DNA of 64,000 nt from an uncultured Ezakiella sp. (lineage in GTDB: Bacteria > Bacillota > Clostridia > Tissierellales > Peptoniphilaceae). The notes under the pieces are model-generated. The model was not told where the DNA came from. It did not search any database and was given only the letters and a program-made list of their open reading frames with translations. How positions within the stretch are numbered: position 1 is the stretch's first letter; each line of letters opens with the position of its first letter. The DNA is taken from the NCBI RefSeq assembly GCF_943913045.1, contig NZ_CALTVH010000001.1, forward strand, positions 24,264 through 88,263, given 5' to 3'. Positions 59,570-64,000 of this stretch are shown here, piece by piece. A program made the position numbers and the translations under genes.

Positions 59570-61095
59570 AAAGGATAAACATATTTATACTTTGTATATT
59601 GATGCTATTTTTATCTTCTTGCACTGAAAAAGAAGTCTCTGTTGATGATGAAAAGCTTAATTACCTGCTCGCAGATACAGGTGAAATAAGCATACCTCTA
59701 ACACCTTTTGAGTCATTAGATCCTATTACAACAGAAAATATGTCATATTTTTATTTATCAGGCATGATTTATGAAGGCCTATTTACTTTGGATGATAATC
59801 TAAGGCCACAAACTCTACTTGCTAGCTCATATAATTTAGATAAAAATAAAATGACTATTAGGATAAAAGATGGTATAACTTTCCACGATGGATCAGCCTT
59901 GACAGTAAAAGATGTTCTGTATTCTCTAGACCATCTCAGAAACTCTATGAAAGGGCCCTATTATAATCTTGTAGTCAATAATATTTCTAGAGAATTTCCT
60001 TTGAGTGGAAAAATAATTGATAATACAACCATTGAGATTAGCTACAATGGAGTAGGACCTTTTTTAAAGGAATATTTGATTTTTCCAATAGTAAAAGAAG
60101 GAACTATGAATAATAAAATTCCTTTGGGAACTGGACCATACATGGTTGATACTTATGAAAATAAAAAAGAAATTATTTTGACTGCATACGAAAACTATCA
60201 TGATGAAATGCCAAGTATTTCTAGAATTAGAGGTGTTTATCATGATGACAAAGATTTGATTTATACGTCACTTGAAACTGGTAGGATTCATGTATCCACA
60301 TCATGGGGGCAAAACTTTTACAGGTTTTTTAACAATGAGCATTTTAATGCACAGACTTATCCTTCCAATGAAATGTACTTTTTATTTTTAAATCCAGAGG
60401 GAGTGCTTTCTGATCCCAACTATAGGGAGGCAATAAAGAATTCTATTGACAAGGAAAGAATTATTAAAATTGCTTTAGACGATCAAGGTATTAAGACTAC
60501 CGGATTTATAAATCCAAACAGTTATTTTTGTAGGGTAGGCCAAGATCTAACTAATACTGATAAAGCAAGAGAATTACTAGCTGGTGATAAACCTACACTT
60601 AAATTTTATTTTTATTGGAAAAATGAATACCAGCTAAAAATTGCAACTCTAATTGCTGAATCATTATATAACTTAGGGATTAAAGTAGAATTTGTCGGAA
60701 ATTCTGATGAGGATTTTAACACTTATGTAGAGAATTTGAAAACTGGTGATTATGACATAGCTCTTTCATCTATGGCGGTAAATTTGATACCAGATTATAG
60801 TTTCAATCTAAATTCAGGACTTTTTCCTTATAAATCAGATGCTGTTAGTAAATTTAATGAGGACATTAAATCTACACACAATGAATCGGATTTGATTTTG
60901 GTCACAAATAGTATAGATGAGACTATAAATAGAGAAAATGTATTTATTCCACTTGTATACAAGATGAATGCGCTTATATATTCAAATGCGATAGTTGGTG
61001 ATATAAAGCCAAATATTATTTTTCCATATAAGTCACTCTCCACTGCATATTTTACAACAAAAGAAAACGAAAGCATTGATGAAGACGCAAACTAA
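59566..61095 (+). CDS. Lipoprotein, ABC-transporter family-5 (peptide/nickel-type) substrate-binding protein, orphan
   Basis: Lipobox LFLSSC; about 509 aa size and fold-length typical of cluster C/family 5 SBPs; no adjacent permease or ATPase genes. Confidence 0.6.
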   Translation: MKRINIFILCILMLFLSSCTEKEVSVDDEKLNYLLADTGEISIPLTPFESLDPITTENMSYFYLSGMIYEGLFTLDDNLRPQTLLASSYNLDKNKMTIRIKDGITFHDGSALTVKDVLYSLDHLRNSMKGPYYNLVVNNISREFPLSGKIIDNTTIEISYNGVGPFLKEYLIFPIVKEGTMNNKIPLGTGPYMVDTYENKKEIILTAYENYHDEMPSISRIRGVYHDDKDLIYTSLETGRIHVSTSWGQNFYRFFNNEHFNAQTYPSNEMYFLFLNPEGVLSDPNYREAIKNSIDKERIIKIALDDQGIKTTGFINPNSYFCRVGQDLTNTDKARELLAGDKPTLKFYFYWKNEYQLKIATLIAESLYNLGIKVEFVGNSDEDFNTYVENLKTGDYDIALSSMAVNLIPDYSFNLNSGLFPYKSDAVSKFNEDIKSTHNESDLILVTNSIDETINRENVFIPLVYKMNALIYSNAIVGDIKPNIIFPYKSLSTAYFTTKENESIDEDAN

Positions 61096-61116
61096 AATTT
61101 GAGTTTGCGTTTTTTG
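61086..61116 (+). terminator. Rho-independent terminator after the SBP gene
   Basis: cgcaaact-aaaatttg-agtttgcg hairpin followed by TTTTTT. Confidence 0.6.
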
Positions 61117-61176
61117 GTGATCCAAATCACAAATTCGATAAAATTTTACACGAGGCTCATAAATGCAGTTTTTTCC

Positions 61177-61205
61177 TTGAATTCAAGCGGATCTTATGCT
61201 ATAAT
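61177..61205 (+). promoter_or_regulatory. Promoter of rnf operon with extended -10
   Basis: TTGAAT 61177-61182, 17-nt spacer, TGcTATAAT 61197-61205. Confidence 0.5.
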
Positions 61206-61231
61206 TTTTATGAAAGGCGAAGGTGATAAAT

Positions 61232-62557
61232 ATGAATTTAAAACATCTTACCTTCAAGGGTGGTATACATATACCAGAGTTTAAAGAGCTTTCCGAGAAC
61301 GCTCCAATTGAAAAAGCAAAAGCTGTTGCTGAAGTGATTATTCCACTTACGCAACATGTTGGTGCTCCTTGCGAACCTACAGTAAAAGTTGGCGATGAGG
61401 TAAAGATTGGTACGGTTATAGGAGATGTGGAGGCGTCATTATACGCACCTGTTCACTCCAGCGTATCGGGGGTTGTTAAAAAAATTGAAAAAAGATATAC
61501 CCTTGATGGTTCTAGTGCAACTTGTGTTACTATTGAAAACAACTTCAAAGATGAATTTGTATTTCAAGAAAGTGACAAAAAAATTGAAGATTTTTCTACT
61601 GAAGAAATAATCGAAGCTGTCAAAAAAGCAGGTGTAATCGGTATGGGTGGTGCGGCATTCCCTGCACACAATAAACTTTCCGGTGCACTTAAGGGCATTG
61701 ATTCTATCATTTTAAATGGGGCAGAATGCGAACCATATTTAACTTGTGACCATAGAATGATGCTTGAATGGGGAGATAAGATTATTGATGGCTTAAAAAT
61801 TATTATGAAGGTTACTAACGCAACCAATGGTTACATAGGGATAGAAGACAACAAAAAAGATGCTATAGAGTCCTTAGAATCTAAATTAAGTTCTATGGCA
61901 AATCTTCATGTTGCTGATCTAATAACAAAGTTTCCTCAAGGTGACTCATATAGAATGGTTGACTCTATTTTAAATCGTAAGGTTCCTCTAGGCGGAAGAA
62001 CAGGTAATGTAAATACTTTAGTTACCAACGTTGGTACTTCTGCAGCTATTGCAGATGCTGTTTTAAGGGGAATTCCTTCATACGAAAGAGTTGTAACAGT
62101 AACTGGCGATGGTATAAAAACTCCAAAAAATATTTTAGCTAGAGTAGGAACAAAAATTTCTGACTTAATAGAGATGGCAGGTGGATTTAATGGCAATCCA
62201 AAAGCTATTGTAGCTGGTGGACCAATGACCGGATTTTCACAATTTGATGTGACAACTCCTATTCAAAAAAACACATCAGGTCTTCTTGTACTTGCAGAAA
62301 ATGATGCTGCAAAATATGAGATGAGCCCATGTATTAGATGTGGCAAATGTATTCACGGATGCCCTGTACATCTTATGCCTTTAAATATTGCGGCTCTTGC
62401 ACTCCATAATAGGTTTGAAGATACAGCAAAATATAATGCTCAGGCATGTATAGCATGTGGGTCATGTTCTTATATTTGCCCAGCACATAGGCCACTGACA
62501 GAAATGGTTGTTGCAGCAAAACGTGAACTTAGAGCTGCATCAAGAAAGGCTAGATAG
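61232..62557 (+). CDS. rnfC: Rnf electron-transport complex subunit C
   Basis: NADH-binding SLBB/RnfC domain and two 4Fe-4S motifs CIRCGKCIHGCP / CIACGSCSYICP; start at ATG 61232 (RBS AAGGTGA) rather than track GTG 61223. Confidence 0.9.
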   Translation: MNLKHLTFKGGIHIPEFKELSENAPIEKAKAVAEVIIPLTQHVGAPCEPTVKVGDEVKIGTVIGDVEASLYAPVHSSVSGVVKKIEKRYTLDGSSATCVTIENNFKDEFVFQESDKKIEDFSTEEIIEAVKKAGVIGMGGAAFPAHNKLSGALKGIDSIILNGAECEPYLTCDHRMMLEWGDKIIDGLKIIMKVTNATNGYIGIEDNKKDAIESLESKLSSMANLHVADLITKFPQGDSYRMVDSILNRKVPLGGRTGNVNTLVTNVGTSAAIADAVLRGIPSYERVVTVTGDGIKTPKNILARVGTKISDLIEMAGGFNGNPKAIVAGGPMTGFSQFDVTTPIQKNTSGLLVLAENDAAKYEMSPCIRCGKCIHGCPVHLMPLNIAALALHNRFEDTAKYNAQACIACGSCSYICPAHRPLTEMVVAAKRELRAASRKAR

Positions 62558-62566
62558 GAGGTAGTA

Positions 62567-63643
62567 ATGACTGAAAAAGATATTAATAAAGTAAATGTAG
62601 AGTCAGCTGCTCCTAAAGAAACTAATGTAGTTAAAAAGGAAGACTCAAATATAAAAGCAGAAACTACAGACGCTGAATTTGAAAAAATGAGTTTAGCAGA
62701 ACAATTTGAAGCTAAAGATGGCAGCTGGACTGTTGCTTTGGCTCCACACTTGAGAACTACTAGAACAACTAGAAAGATGATGATCGATGTTATCATTGCT
62801 TTAACTCCACAACTCTTGTTCTCAGTATATAAATTTGGCCTTCACGCAGCTATGATTATACTAATTTCAGTACTCAGTGCTGTTTGTTTTGAAGCATTAA
62901 TGCAAAAGGCATTTCATAAGAAAGTATTAATCGGCGATTTATCAGCAGTTGTAACAGGTTTACTACTTGCTTTTAACTTACCAGCTAATGTCCCTTATTG
63001 GATTCCAATTGTAGGTTCAGCTTTTGCAATTATTATTGCCAAAGAACTCTTTGGAGGAATTGGTTCAAACTTTATGAACCCAGCTTTAGCAGGCCGTGCA
63101 GCTTTAATGATGAGCTGGCCAGCTATAATGACAAATTATATTGGACCAGACGGAATTACAGGTGCAACAACACTTCAAATTCTAAAAGCAGGAGAGGGGC
63201 AATTACCTGCATTAAAGGACGTTATAATAGGAAATATAAGTGGTGTTTTAGGTGAAACAGCAAGTATTTGTATACTAATTGGATTCATTTATTTAGTTAT
63301 TAGAAAAGTCCTAGATTACAAAATTACTCTTATATACATTTTAACTACTATGCTAGTATTATTTGCAATGGGCATAAGAGGAGAATTTTTACTATACCAT
63401 CTATTCGGTGGCGGATTGTTACTAGGTGCGTGCTTTATGGCTACAGACTTTGTAACAGCACCAACAACACCAATTGGAAAGATTATTTTTGCAGCAGGCT
63501 GCGGTCTATTAACTGCCTTAATTAGATTAAAAGGTGGTATGGCTGAGGGTGTTAGCTATTCTATTTTGATTATGAATACAGCAGTACCTTTAATTGATAG
63601 ACTTACTGTTCCTAAAGTATTTGGGGAGGTAAAGACAAAATGA
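62567..63643 (+). CDS. rnfD: Rnf complex subunit D (NQR2/RnfD family) with about 45-aa charged N-terminal extension
   Basis: FMNPALAGRA motif, polytopic membrane core; very strong RBS AGGAGG before ATG 62567 supports the extended N-terminus. Confidence 0.9.
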   Translation: MTEKDINKVNVESAAPKETNVVKKEDSNIKAETTDAEFEKMSLAEQFEAKDGSWTVALAPHLRTTRTTRKMMIDVIIALTPQLLFSVYKFGLHAAMIILISVLSAVCFEALMQKAFHKKVLIGDLSAVVTGLLLAFNLPANVPYWIPIVGSAFAIIIAKELFGGIGSNFMNPALAGRAALMMSWPAIMTNYIGPDGITGATTLQILKAGEGQLPALKDVIIGNISGVLGETASICILIGFIYLVIRKVLDYKITLIYILTTMLVLFAMGIRGEFLLYHLFGGGLLLGACFMATDFVTAPTTPIGKIIFAAGCGLLTALIRLKGGMAEGVSYSILIMNTAVPLIDRLTVPKVFGEVKTK

Positions 63644-64000
63644 AAGAAACAATAAAACTTGGTATTATACTTCTTGTTTTTGCTTTGGTTGCAGCTGGTG
63701 TTTTAGGCTATGTAAATAGTGTAACAGAACCAATTATTGCAGAAAGAGAAGCCAGTGAAGCTAAAGCTGCTTATCAAGAATTGATTCCAGAAGCTGATGA
63801 ATTCGTTGAATTTACTAGCGAAGAATTAAATGAATACAAGGCAATTAACTCAAAGGTCACAAACATTGTAAAGGCCATTAAAGGTGGAGATGAAATTGGA
63901 TATCTACTAACAACAAATGGCGGCGGCTACGGCGGAGATATCACAGCAATCACTGCTCTTATAGGGGATGAAATTAAAGCTATTAAAATTTTAAAGCACA
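63640..64000 (+). CDS. rnfG: Rnf complex subunit G (FMN-binding), 3'-truncated by the window end
   Basis: ATG 63640 overlaps rnfD stop; N-terminal TM anchor MKETIKLGIILLVFALVAAGVLGY and FMN-binding domain start. Confidence 0.8.
   Translation, partial: MKETIKLGIILLVFALVAAGVLGYVNSVTEPIIAEREASEAKAAYQELIPEADEFVEFTSEELNEYKAINSKVTNIVKAIKGGDEIGYLLTTNGGGYGGDITAITALIGDEIKAIKILKH

Noticed and set aside
61099-61284. 61-aa + strand ORF between the SBP gene and rnfC
   Set aside because: It begins inside the terminator hairpin and runs through the rnf promoter -35/-10 and the rnfC RBS; no RBS of its own.
1-64000. Whole-window search for mobile elements, CRISPR arrays, toxin-antitoxin pairs, restriction-modification or other defence systems
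   Set aside because: No transposase, integrase, recombinase, Cas, methyltransferase or nuclease-NTPase candidates, no direct-repeat arrays, and no tRNA-adjacent integration signatures (the tRNA-Cys is flanked by core genes on both sides). The window is core genome.

Overview
This window is a low-GC Firmicutes (Clostridia / Gram-positive anaerobic coccus-like) chromosomal segment. It is almost entirely core housekeeping genes, and almost all of them (7.2 kb to the window end) are on the + strand. Reading left to right: a 5'-truncated CsaB pyruvyl transferase and a TagA-family glycosyltransferase, transketolase, a convergent heterodimeric ABC exporter pair, a TlyC/CorC-type hemolysin-family protein, dnaE-pfkA-pyk, dCMP deaminase, trkA-trkH, a lone tRNA-Cys, T-box-regulated thrS, pepV, infC-rpmI-rplT, ackA, rpmF-plsX-acpP, the classic smc-ftsY-ylxM-ffh-rpsP-KH-rimM-trmD-rplS-rbgA-rnhB-yraN block, a flavodoxin/ferredoxin fusion, yifB-dprA-topA, an OmpR-type two-component system followed by two tiny membrane ORFs, rpsB-tsf-pyrH-frr-uppS-cdsA-rseP-ispG-polC, a secreted phosphodiester-glycosidase-like protein, polA-coaE, a lytic transglycosylase, an orphan lipoprotein family-5 substrate-binding protein, and the start of an rnfCDG operon. 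I found no CRISPR array, transposase, integrase, phage block, restriction or defence island, or long repeat. Judged from the sequence alone, the window does not carry a large undescribed system. The items worth a second look are small: a two-component module with two co-directional micro-membrane ORFs (one with a toxin-like architecture); a degenerate-site heterodimeric ABC exporter; a lipid-synthesis locus stripped down to plsX-acpP; a probable AUU-initiated infC behind a structured leader; a thrS T-box; and several ORF-track start-site and omission errors (rpmF was missed). Many long antisense ORFs in the six-frame track are AT-rich reading-frame artefacts.
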